Below, in pieces: positions 47,901 through 56,819 of a DNA stretch of 64,000 nt. A program made the position numbers and the translations under genes. Where the stretch lies: NCBI GenBank assembly GCA_963752285.1, contig CAVVXN010000003.1, forward strand, positions 160,001-224,000. Reading direction: 5' to 3'. The notes under the pieces are model-generated. The model was not told the DNA's origin, did not search any database, and worked only from the letters and a program-made list of their open reading frames with translations. Within the stretch, counting starts at the first letter, position 1; each line of letters begins with the position of its first letter. This stretch comes from an uncultured Planctomycetota bacterium (GTDB lineage Bacteria > Planctomycetota > PLA2 > JAEUHO01).

Positions 47901-48428
47901 GTGGACCTCGGCGAGCGACGACAGGCGTTCGTCCGTCTCGTCCAGACCCACGCGGGCCGCGCGCACGCCCTCGCCCGGCGCCTCCTCGGCGACGACCGCG
48001 CGGACGACGCGGTCCAGGAGGCGTTCCTCCGCGCCTGGCGGGGGCTCGCGCGGTTCCGGGACGAGGCCCGGATCGAGACCTGGCTGTACCGCATCGTCCT
48101 GAACGTGTGCCGCGACCGCTGGCGCGCGCGGCCGGCGCCGGCTTCGCTCGGAGCGGAGCCGGAGCGCGCGGGCCCCGCATTCGATCCCGAACGGCGGCTC
48201 CTCTCCCGCGACCTCGCGGCGCGCGTGTGGCGCGCCACCGCGTCGCTCACGCCCCGCCAGCGCGAGTGCCTCGTGCTCCGCGCCCAGGTCGGCTTGGGGC
48301 ACGGCGCGATCGCCGAGCTCCTCGGCGTCGCGCCCGCCGTCGTGAAGCTCCACCTGGTCAACGCGCGCCGCGCGCTGCTCGAGCGATTCGCGAAGGAGGT
48401 CGAGGAATGGGGCATCGAGAAGCGATGA
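47901..48428 (+). CDS. ECF RNA polymerase sigma factor
   Basis: ADDAVQEAFLRAW, TWLYRIVLNVC, LTPRQRE and IAELLGV motifs; GAGGAGG RBS before GTG 47901. Confidence 0.9.
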   Translation: MDLGERRQAFVRLVQTHAGRAHALARRLLGDDRADDAVQEAFLRAWRGLARFRDEARIETWLYRIVLNVCRDRWRARPAPASLGAEPERAGPAFDPERRLLSRDLAARVWRATASLTPRQRECLVLRAQVGLGHGAIAELLGVAPAVVKLHLVNARRALLERFAKEVEEWGIEKR

Positions 48429-50143
48429 GCTGCCCGCCCGACGAACGGCTCCTCCTCGCCGCCGACGGCGGGGGGGAGGCTGGCGAGGTCCGACGGCACG
48501 CGGCCGGCTGCGCGCGGTGCCGGGATCGCCTGGAGGCGCTCGCGGCGCTCGAGTCGCTCCTCGCGGAGGCGGACCCGCTCGACCCGGACCTCGCGTCGCG
48601 GCTCCTGGCGATCCCCGACCGCGCGGGGAGGCCCCTCGCGCCGATGGCCCTCGTCGCGGCTTCGCTCGCGGCGGCGGCGCTCCTCTCGGGCCTCGCGCTC
48701 TGGCTCCACGCGGCGGACCGCCGCCCCGACCGATCCACCGTCGTCGCCCGCCCCCCGACCGCGCCTCGCGCCGCGCCCGCGCCCGAGACGGCGGCGGCGC
48801 CCGAGCGGGGTCCCGCCGCCGGGGCGCCGACCTCGCCGCCCGGCGCGGGCCCGGCCCCCGAGCCGGGCGTGGCGGACCTCGGCCGCGAGGACCTCGGTCG
48901 TCTCGCCCGGATCGCACGGGGTCCCGACGCCGCCCGCGCCCGCGAGGCGGTCGTCCGGCTGGGCGAGATCGGCCGCGCCGAGTCCGTGCCGGTCCTGGTC
49001 GAGGCGCTGGCCGTGGACGGCCTCCGCCGGGACGCCGTCGTCGCGCTCGGCCGGGTCGGCGACGCGCGGTCCCTCGCTCCCCTCGCGACGTGGCTGTCGG
49101 ACCCGGCGCTGGCGGACGTCCTCTGCGACGCGGTGGTGGCGATCGGGGGCGAGGAGGCCGCCCGCCTCCTCGCCCGGCACGTCGGGGTCGTCCCGTCCGC
49201 CGAAGCCGGTCCCTGGGTCCGCGCCCTCGCGCGGGTGGACGGCGACACGGGCCTCTGCCTGCTGCTCGAGCTCGGCGACCGGGCCGCCCTCACGGGCCTC
49301 GTGCGGGCCGCGCTCCGCGCCGAGGAGTCGCGCGTGGTGCCCCACCTCCTGGCGATCGCAGCGGGTCGGGACGACGCGCTCGCGTACCGCGCGCTCCTGC
49401 GCCTCGAGGACCTCGCCCCGCCCTCGGCCGCGGCCGACCTCGGGGCCCTCCTCGACCGGCGCACGCGCCGCGCGCGCGCCGCGCAGGCCCTCGCGCGGAT
49501 CGACACGGCCCAGGCGGCGGCGCGTCTCTGGGACGCCGCGACGTGGCCCGAGGTGCGCGCGGCCTTCCGGCGCGGCGGCGTGGGCGTCGAGTCGTACCTG
49601 CTCGCCCGGCTCGCGGACGGGCGGTTCCGCGACCAGCTCCTGGCCGTGGACCTCCTCGGCCTCTCGGGCGGCCCCCGCGCGGTCCGCGCCCTCGAGCCGC
49701 TCGCCCGGACGCCGTCCCTCGCGCCGGGCGTCGTCACCGCGCTCGGGCGCATCGGGGGACCCGACGCGGTCACCGCGCTCGGGCGGCTCGCCGACACGCC
49801 CTCGCTCCGGCGCGACGTGATCGAGGCGCTCGGCTACACGGGGTCGGCCGACGCGGTCGCGGTGCTCGCGCGACTCGGCGCCTCGGAGCGCTCGCTCCGT
49901 GACCCCGCGATCGACGCCCTCGCGCGTCTGCCGGCGCCCGAGGCGGTGTCCGCGATCGTCCGGCTCGACGGCGAGGGGCCCCGGCGCTCGACCGTCCGCG
50001 CGCTCCGCGCGATGGACCACGCGGACGTGGTCGCCGCGCTGCACCATCTCCTGGACGGCGACCTCGCCGACGACGCCCGTCGCACGCTCGCCGCCCTGGA
50101 CCTGCCGGTCTCGCGGGGACCCGGCCGGGTCCGGCTCCGCTGA
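48425..50143 (+). CDS. Putative zinc anti-sigma factor (HxxxCxxC) with TM helix and extracytoplasmic HEAT repeats
   Basis: MSCP..RRHAAGCARC; a single TM helix; Pro-rich linker; repeated ALGRVGD/ALGRIGG/ALGYTGS HEAT units; ATGA overlap with the sigma gene. Confidence 0.8.
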   Translation: MSCPPDERLLLAADGGGEAGEVRRHAAGCARCRDRLEALAALESLLAEADPLDPDLASRLLAIPDRAGRPLAPMALVAASLAAAALLSGLALWLHAADRRPDRSTVVARPPTAPRAAPAPETAAAPERGPAAGAPTSPPGAGPAPEPGVADLGREDLGRLARIARGPDAARAREAVVRLGEIGRAESVPVLVEALAVDGLRRDAVVALGRVGDARSLAPLATWLSDPALADVLCDAVVAIGGEEAARLLARHVGVVPSAEAGPWVRALARVDGDTGLCLLLELGDRAALTGLVRAALRAEESRVVPHLLAIAAGRDDALAYRALLRLEDLAPPSAAADLGALLDRRTRRARAAQALARIDTAQAAARLWDAATWPEVRAAFRRGGVGVESYLLARLADGRFRDQLLAVDLLGLSGGPRAVRALEPLARTPSLAPGVVTALGRIGGPDAVTALGRLADTPSLRRDVIEALGYTGSADAVAVLARLGASERSLRDPAIDALARLPAPEAVSAIVRLDGEGPRRSTVRALRAMDHADVVAALHHLLDGDLADDARRTLAALDLPVSRGPGRVRLR

Positions 50144-50169
50144 CGCCCCCCCGCGCAAAGGACCGACCC

Positions 50170-51900
50170 ATGCGCTCGACCTGGATCGTGCTCTCCCTCC
50201 TGCTCCTCTCGTCCTTCGGCGCGGCCTCGCTCGCCGCCGGGGACGACGTGGAGATGCGCCGGTACGACCTCGGCGCCCTCGTCCTCCCCCGTTGGAACGA
50301 GGAGGCGCCCCTCCTCGGCGCCAACGCGCCCATGTACGCCGCGGCCTCTGCGGAGCCCCCGGAGCCGGAGGCGTACCTCTCCGCGGACGAGGTCGTCGAG
50401 CTGGTCCGGTCCCTCGTGGACCGCGCGTCGTGGGACGAGCTGGACGGGGCGGAGCTCTCGGTGAACGGCGCCACGCTCGTCGCGCGAAACCGCGGGACCA
50501 CGCTCGACGAGGTCGGCGCCTTCCTGGCCGCGCTCTCGGCCGCGGCGCGGGGCGGCCTGGACCTGCAGGTGCAGGTCCTCTCGGCGCCGACCCCCTCGTG
50601 GCCCTCGGCGCCCGACGGCGCCGAGCAGGCCGCCTCGGGCACGCTCGTGCTCCCGTTCGGGGCGCGCCGGGTCCTCACCGACACCGAACGGGTCTCGTTC
50701 GTGGCGGACTACGACGTCGAGATCGCGCAAGGCTCCGAGATCGCCGATCCGATCGTCGTCACGGCCGACCAGGGCCTGGCCGTCGAAGCGGTCGCCCACC
50801 CGGCCTCGGACGGGCAGCGGGCCCTCCTCGACCTGTTCCTCCAGTGGGCCCGGTACGGGAAGAGCCGGACGATGGACACCGGGGTGGACGAGGAGTACCT
50901 GCCTCGCCCGTACCGGTCCGACGAGCGGATGCGCAACGGGCGGATCGAGCTGCCCCAGTACGACCACGTGCAGGCGCACGTGAGCACGTTCGTGGGTGCG
51001 GACGGCACGTTCTCGGTTCCCGTCGTGGTGGGGGGCCGCACGCTCGAGCTGCGGGGAAGCGTGTCGAGGTTCGACAACCCCCCCGTGCCCTCAGCCGTGT
51101 CGGTCGGCGCGCTCGCGGCCCGCCCGTTCCATCTGCGCTTCGGCATCCCCGGCGAGGTGGATCGCCCCGATCGCTTCGCCCCCCGGGCGTACCGCGAGAC
51201 CGAGGAGCCGGCCCCGCTCGACGCCGACAGCCTCCTCGAGGGGATCCGGCGCGACGTGGACCCCGAGGTGTGGGAGAGCGAGGGCGTCGTGGCGGACCGG
51301 TTCCGCGGCAAGATCTTCCTCTCGGCGCCGGACAGGGCACGCGAGAACGCGCGCACGTACGTGGCGGCGCGTGAGGCGGAGGCGCTCCGCCCCGTCCGCG
51401 TGGACCTCCAGGTGTTCTCCACCGCGGGCGCGATCCCCCCGGGCCCCGGCCGGCAGGTCCCGCGCGAGGGCGCGACGCTGCTCGACGCCGGCCGCCTGGA
51501 GACCCTGTCGGGGCGCGCGGCGTCGCTCCTGGCGGGCAACACCGCGAACTACCTGGCGGACTACGACGTCGAGGTCGCGCAGGAGTCGCGGATCGCGGAC
51601 CCGATCATCGGGCAGGCCTTCGACGGGCTCGTGCTGAACCTCGTGCCCCACGTCGGCCTCGGCGCGCGGACGATCACGATCGAGCTCCAGCTCCTCCGGG
51701 CGCGCCGGCGCATCGGGGAGGAGCCGTACCGGAGCGGGACGCGGTATCTCGGCCCCGTCGATCACGTCCGGACGGACCGCGCGCTCGTCCACACGACGCT
51801 GGAGGTCCCTGCCGGCGGCACGTACGTCCTCGACCTGGGTCCCGACCCGGACGCGCCCGGGCGGCACGTCTCGCTGGAGGTCTCGGCCGCGGTCCGCTGA
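50170..51900 (+). CDS. Exported protein with two tandem N3+secretin-like modules
   Basis: Signal peptide; internal duplication FVADYDVEIAQGSEIADPIV and YLADYDVEVAQESRIADPII, each preceded by an N3-like segment and followed by G-L-x-hydrophobic strands. Confidence 0.68.
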   Translation: MRSTWIVLSLLLLSSFGAASLAAGDDVEMRRYDLGALVLPRWNEEAPLLGANAPMYAAASAEPPEPEAYLSADEVVELVRSLVDRASWDELDGAELSVNGATLVARNRGTTLDEVGAFLAALSAAARGGLDLQVQVLSAPTPSWPSAPDGAEQAASGTLVLPFGARRVLTDTERVSFVADYDVEIAQGSEIADPIVVTADQGLAVEAVAHPASDGQRALLDLFLQWARYGKSRTMDTGVDEEYLPRPYRSDERMRNGRIELPQYDHVQAHVSTFVGADGTFSVPVVVGGRTLELRGSVSRFDNPPVPSAVSVGALAARPFHLRFGIPGEVDRPDRFAPRAYRETEEPAPLDADSLLEGIRRDVDPEVWESEGVVADRFRGKIFLSAPDRARENARTYVAAREAEALRPVRVDLQVFSTAGAIPPGPGRQVPREGATLLDAGRLETLSGRAASLLAGNTANYLADYDVEVAQESRIADPIIGQAFDGLVLNLVPHVGLGARTITIELQLLRARRRIGEEPYRSGTRYLGPVDHVRTDRALVHTTLEVPAGGTYVLDLGPDPDAPGRHVSLEVSAAVR

Positions 51901-52122
51901 GGTCCCGGGGGGCCAGGCCGGGCCCTTCGCCGGGTCCCGGCGCGCCCGGGCGCCCGGGGCCGAGCCCGGGCGGGGGCGAAGACCCCGAGCCACCGCGCTC
52001 CGGAGAGAGGGCCCGGCGCCGACCGGGTCGCCGGGCACCGCCACCCCGCTTCCGTGCCAGCATGACCGGGCGACCGCCTCGTCGGGACGGCCCGACCCGT
52101 CGGCGGCCGCGGGGAGCTCTCC

Positions 52123-53820
52123 ATGTCACGACGTCTCCGGTACGCATTCCTCCTCCTCGTCCTCGGCCTGCTCGTCCCGGCCGCAGCGCGCGCGGGGGAC
52201 GCGAGTCCCACGACGGACGCGCCCGCCGACCTGGCGGCGCTCGTGCCCCCCGGCTCGTTCGCGTTCGTCTTCGTTCCCTCGATCGACGCGCTCCAGCAGC
52301 GCGTGCACGACATCGTGGCCGCGGTGGACCCGAGCGCGGTCGAAGAGGCGGACCTCGACGCGCTCTTCCAGCAGCTCCCGTTCGCGGACCAGATCGACCA
52401 CGCCGGGGCCATGGGACTCGCCGTGACGCTGCCGCAGGGCGACGAGAGCCCGGCGCCCTACTTGATCCTTCCGGTCACCGACGCGTCGGCCGCCGCGGCG
52501 GCCGCGGGGGAAGCCGGGATGCCTCCGCCGCCGATGAAGGGCTCGTACCTCCGGATGGCCATGGGTGCGGGCGACGTCGGAGAGGGAGAGCCGGCGACCG
52601 CGTTGACGAAGGGCCTTCCCGCCGGCGACCTGGTCGCGCGCGTGGACCTCGCCGCGCTCGTCGCGCGGTACGGCGACCAGCTCCGCGAGGGCCTGAAGGA
52701 GATGGAGCGGGAGATGCCCACCGGGCGCGCCCGGATGCCGGGCATGCCCGGCACGGAAGGCCTCGGCGCCATGCTCGAGGGGATGCGGAAGGCCCTGGAC
52801 GCCGTCCTCGTGTCCGCGGAGCGGCTCGACCTCGCCGTCACGGCGAAGGACACCGCCCTCGACCTCCACGTCCACTTCGTGGCGAAGGAGGGGAGTCCCC
52901 TCGCCAGGCCCCCCGTGGGCGGCGGCGACCTCCTCGCCGTGGGGAAGGGCCTGCCGGGCGACTGGCCGGTCCAGTGTCTCTTCTCCGCGGATCCCGCGCA
53001 GCTGCTCGAGTGGATGAAGCCCCTGCTGGGCACGTGGACCGCCAGCCTGCCCGAGGCGCAGCGGCCGGGCCTCGAGGCGATGATGGAGAAGGGGATCGAG
53101 ATCTGGAAGACGTACGGGGGCCACGAGCAGGCCCTGGCCATGCAGCTCGGCGATCAGGGCATCCAGCTCGTGCAGATCCAGTCCGCGAAGGACGCGAAGG
53201 GCCTCCTCGACCACATGAAGCAGCTCGTGACGGGAGGGGGCGGGGACGCCATGAAGGCGTTCGGCGTCACGTACGAGTTCACCGGGCCGGAGACGCTGTC
53301 CGGTCACGACGTCTACACCATGCGGATGGACTTCGACTGGGACAAGCTCGCCGCGACGTCCGGCCAGAAGATGCCGCCCGAGGCGAAGCAGATGGTCCAC
53401 GAGATGATGACCCGCATGTTCGGTCCGGACGGCATGCGCGTGCGCTACGCCGCGCTCCCCGGGAAGGTCGTGAGCGTCCTCGGGGACGACGCGCTGCTCG
53501 GGAGCACGCTCGCCCAGGTGGACGCCGGCGCCGCGCCGACCGGCGCGCTGGGCCAGGCGCTCCAGAAGGCGGGGCCGAAGCCGGCGTTCCTGCTCCGTGT
53601 CGAGGCGCGGAGCTTCGTCCGAGGGGTCCTCCAGTTCGTGCGCTCGATCATGCCCCCCGAGCGCCGCCCCGACGTCCCGGAGCTCTCGAAGGGCTGGCCC
53701 GCCACGCTCGTGCTCTGGGCGTCCGCGGAGGGCCGCGACTACCACGGCGGCCTCTCGACCGACGTGAAGGCGATGGCCGACCTCGTGAAGGAGCTCATGC
53801 GCATGGGGAAGTCCCGCTGA
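52123..53820 (+). CDS. Exported hypothetical protein (Met-rich, possibly DUF3352-like)
   Basis: GGGAG RBS; signal peptide ending AARA; LAALVPPGSFAFVFVPS start; strong GC3 codon bias. Confidence 0.72.
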   Translation: MSRRLRYAFLLLVLGLLVPAAARAGDASPTTDAPADLAALVPPGSFAFVFVPSIDALQQRVHDIVAAVDPSAVEEADLDALFQQLPFADQIDHAGAMGLAVTLPQGDESPAPYLILPVTDASAAAAAAGEAGMPPPPMKGSYLRMAMGAGDVGEGEPATALTKGLPAGDLVARVDLAALVARYGDQLREGLKEMEREMPTGRARMPGMPGTEGLGAMLEGMRKALDAVLVSAERLDLAVTAKDTALDLHVHFVAKEGSPLARPPVGGGDLLAVGKGLPGDWPVQCLFSADPAQLLEWMKPLLGTWTASLPEAQRPGLEAMMEKGIEIWKTYGGHEQALAMQLGDQGIQLVQIQSAKDAKGLLDHMKQLVTGGGGDAMKAFGVTYEFTGPETLSGHDVYTMRMDFDWDKLAATSGQKMPPEAKQMVHEMMTRMFGPDGMRVRYAALPGKVVSVLGDDALLGSTLAQVDAGAAPTGALGQALQKAGPKPAFLLRVEARSFVRGVLQFVRSIMPPERRPDVPELSKGWPATLVLWASAEGRDYHGGLSTDVKAMADLVKELMRMGKSR

Positions 53821-53869
53821 TCCCGTCCCGGTCGGGCGGGTGATCGGGCCCGCGCGCGGCCCGATTGCA

Positions 53870-53896
53870 GAACTTTTGCGGCTCGGCGCGATCGAA
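53870..53896 (+). promoter_or_regulatory. Candidate ECF (RpoE-like) promoter GAACTT-N16-TCGAA
   Basis: AT-rich island 30 nt upstream of the VIT-vWA ATG, matching the RpoE-type -35/-10 spacing. Confidence 0.45.
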
Positions 53897-53926
53897 CGGG
53901 GTAGACCGTTCGGATCGGAGCCGACC

Positions 53927-56107
53927 ATGCGTTTCCTCCTCCTCCCCCTCGCGTTCCTGGGCGTCCTCGCCCTCCTCGCCCTCCTCGCGCCGTGCGCGCG
54001 GGCCGACGGGTTCCTCATCCCGACGAGGCCCGGCATGCCCGTGCGCGGGGCCTGGGCGGTCACGTACCACAAGGTGGACGTGGTGGTGCGGGGACCGCAC
54101 GCGCGCGTGTCGGTGGACGAGGAGTTCCAGAACCTCGGCGTGACGGCGCTCGAGGCCGAGTACGTCTTCCCGCTCCCGCACGGCGCGATGGTCTCCTCGA
54201 TCACGCTGTTCGAGAACGGGAAGGGGCTCGAGGGCGTGATCCTCCGCGCCGACGAGGCGCGTCGGGCGTACGAGGAGATCGTGCGCCGGCAGCGCGACCC
54301 GGCCCTGCTCGAGTACCTCGGCGACGACTTCTTCCGCGTGCGCGTGTTCCCCATCCCTCCGGGGGGTCGGCGGCGCGTCGTCCTGAAGTACGACCAGCTC
54401 CTCTCGACGGACGGCGGCACCACGGAGCTCCTCTACCCCCTGAACACCGAGAAGCTGTCCGCGCGCCCGCTCTCGGAGGTGGTGGTGGACGTGGACCTCG
54501 ACGCCGGGGCGCCTCTCGGGCCCGTGTACAGCCCGACGCACGACGTCGCCGTCGTCCGGAAGAGCGCCGAGCGTGCGCAGGTCACGTACGAGGCGTCCGA
54601 CGTCCTGCCGCAGGACGACTTCCTCCTCTACTGGGGGACCACGCACAACCAGGTGGGCGCGACGCTCCTCACGTACTGGCCTTCCCAGGACGACCGGGGG
54701 TACTTCCTCTTCCTCGCCTCGCCGGCGGCCGGCGGCCCCGAGGTCGCGGCGCGCCCGAAGCAGATCACGTTCGTCGTGGACACGTCCGGCTCGATGGCCG
54801 GACCGAAGATCGACCAGGTGCGCGCGGCGCTCCGCCAGGTGATCGGGAGCCTGAACCCCGGCGACCGGTTCAACGTCATCGCGTACCACACGGCCGTGAT
54901 GCCGCTCTGGGACGCCGTGCACGAGGCGACGCCGAAGAGCCGGGACGAGGCCCTCGCGTTCGTCGCGGGCCTGCGCGCGGAGGGGGGGACGAACATCGAG
55001 GAGGCGCTCACCGCCGCCCTCGCGGGCACGAAGGACGACGACGTGGCCTCGGCGATCGTCTTCTTGACCGACGGCCGTCCCACGATCGGCACGACCGACA
55101 CCGACGAGATCCTCCGTGCGGTGGACGGGGCGAACCCGAAGGGGCGCGTGCGCGTGTTCGTGCTCGGGGTCGGCGTGGACGTGAACACGGTGCTGCTCGA
55201 CCGACTCGCGCTCGAGAACCACGGGGCGCCCTCGTTCCTCCGCCCGGGCGAGGACGTCGAGCCGAAGGTGGCGTCGCTCTACGAGAAGATCCGCTACCCC
55301 GTCCTGACCGACCTCTCGCTCACCGCCCCGGGCCTCTCGGTCTCGGAGCTGCTCCCCCGCGTCGTGCCGGACCTGTTCCGCGGCGGCCAGGTGGTGCTGG
55401 CGGGTCGCTACCAGACGCCCGGTCGGAAGGAGGTCGTGCTCTCGGGTCGGGACGGGAACCTCACGCGCGAGTACCACTACGTCCTCCAGGCCGCCGACCG
55501 CGGGCAGGGCCTGCTCTCGGACTTCCCCGCGCGCGTCTGGGCCACCCGCCGCATCGCGGAGCTCATCGACGCGATCCGGCTCCAGAAGCGGGCCGATCCG
55601 GAGCTCGTGACCGAGATCGTCCGGCTCTCCACGCGCTTCGGGATCCTGACCGAGTACACGGCCTTCCTCGCCGCCGAGGGCGCGGACCACACCCGCTTCC
55701 GCGACAACGTCGTCGCGGCGGGCCGTCAGCTCGACGAGCTGGGCGCGAGCGAGGTGGGCGCCGTCGGCGTGGCCCAGTCGAAGAACCAGGCTTCCCGCCG
55801 CGGCGCCGACCGCGCGGCCGGGCCGACGCTCTGGACCGCCGAGGAAGACGGACGGGACGTCCAGAACGAGCAGCTCGGCGACGCGGTGCGCCAGGTCGGG
55901 AACCGGACCTTCTATCGCCGCGCGCACGGCTGGGTGGACGCGGAGGTGCACGACCTCTCCCACGTGGACGAGACGGTTTCGCGCTGGTCGCCGCGCTTCT
56001 TCGAGATCCTCCGCACGACGACGCCCGACGAGAACGCACGTCTCGCCCAGAGGGGCGCGGTCGTTCTGGAGGTCGGGGGCCGGGTCCTTCGTATCGTGGA
56101 CGCGTGA
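53927..56107 (+). CDS. VIT and von Willebrand factor A domain protein (inter-alpha-trypsin inhibitor-like), exported
   Basis: Signal peptide; VIT motifs EAEYVFPLP, ARRAYEEIV..DPALLE and RVFPIPP; MIDAS DTSGSM, GGTNI and FLTDG. Confidence 0.9.
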   Translation: MRFLLLPLAFLGVLALLALLAPCARADGFLIPTRPGMPVRGAWAVTYHKVDVVVRGPHARVSVDEEFQNLGVTALEAEYVFPLPHGAMVSSITLFENGKGLEGVILRADEARRAYEEIVRRQRDPALLEYLGDDFFRVRVFPIPPGGRRRVVLKYDQLLSTDGGTTELLYPLNTEKLSARPLSEVVVDVDLDAGAPLGPVYSPTHDVAVVRKSAERAQVTYEASDVLPQDDFLLYWGTTHNQVGATLLTYWPSQDDRGYFLFLASPAAGGPEVAARPKQITFVVDTSGSMAGPKIDQVRAALRQVIGSLNPGDRFNVIAYHTAVMPLWDAVHEATPKSRDEALAFVAGLRAEGGTNIEEALTAALAGTKDDDVASAIVFLTDGRPTIGTTDTDEILRAVDGANPKGRVRVFVLGVGVDVNTVLLDRLALENHGAPSFLRPGEDVEPKVASLYEKIRYPVLTDLSLTAPGLSVSELLPRVVPDLFRGGQVVLAGRYQTPGRKEVVLSGRDGNLTREYHYVLQAADRGQGLLSDFPARVWATRRIAELIDAIRLQKRADPELVTEIVRLSTRFGILTEYTAFLAAEGADHTRFRDNVVAAGRQLDELGASEVGAVGVAQSKNQASRRGADRAAGPTLWTAEEDGRDVQNEQLGDAVRQVGNRTFYRRAHGWVDAEVHDLSHVDETVSRWSPRFFEILRTTTPDENARLAQRGAVVLEVGGRVLRIVDA

Positions 56108-56120
56108 CCCCGGAGCCCCG

Positions 56121-56819
56121 ATGTCCGACCACGACGCCCCGCGCGTCCTGATCGTCGAGGACGAGCCGGCGCTCGCCGAGGGCCTGGCCGAGGCGCTCGG
56201 CTTCCAGGGCTACGTCTGCGACGTCGCGGGGGACGGGCGATCGGCGCTCGACCGGGCGCGGGTCCGTCGCTACGACGTGATGCTCCTCGACGTGATGCTC
56301 CCGCACGTGAGCGGGTTCGACGTCATGGCCACCCTCCGCTCCGAGGGCAACAAGGTCCCGACCATCATCCTGACGGCGAAGAACGCCGAGTCGGACCGGG
56401 TGAAGGGCCTGGACCTCGGCGCGGACGACTACGTCACGAAGCCCTTCGCGATCGCCGAGCTCCTGGCGCGCGTCGCCGCGCAGGTGCGCCGCGCGCGCAT
56501 GGACCGGGGCGACGGCGAGGTGTTCGAGGCCGACGGGATCCAGTTCGACCTGGGGCGGCTCGTGGCCGAACGCGGTGCGGAGGCGATCCTGCTCACGCCG
56601 CGCGAGGGCGAGATCCTCTCGTACCTCCGAGCGCGGCGCGGGAACGTGGTCACGCGGGACGAGTTCCTGCTCCAGGTGTGGCGCTACCCCACGGCGAACG
56701 TGCAGACGCGGACGGTGGACAACACCCTCGCCGCGCTTCGGCGCAAGGTCGAGCGAGATCCCGCGGCGCCGCGCATCGTGCTCACCGTTCGGGGCAAGGG
56801 CTACCGGTGGGGCGGGTGA
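56121..56819 (+). CDS. OmpR/PhoB-family response regulator
   Basis: VLIVEDE, LLDVMLP, LTAK, GADDYVTKPF, LTPRE, RTVD and TVRGKGY motifs. Confidence 0.95.
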   Translation: MSDHDAPRVLIVEDEPALAEGLAEALGFQGYVCDVAGDGRSALDRARVRRYDVMLLDVMLPHVSGFDVMATLRSEGNKVPTIILTAKNAESDRVKGLDLGADDYVTKPFAIAELLARVAAQVRRARMDRGDGEVFEADGIQFDLGRLVAERGAEAILLTPREGEILSYLRARRGNVVTRDEFLLQVWRYPTANVQTRTVDNTLAALRRKVERDPAAPRIVLTVRGKGYRWGG

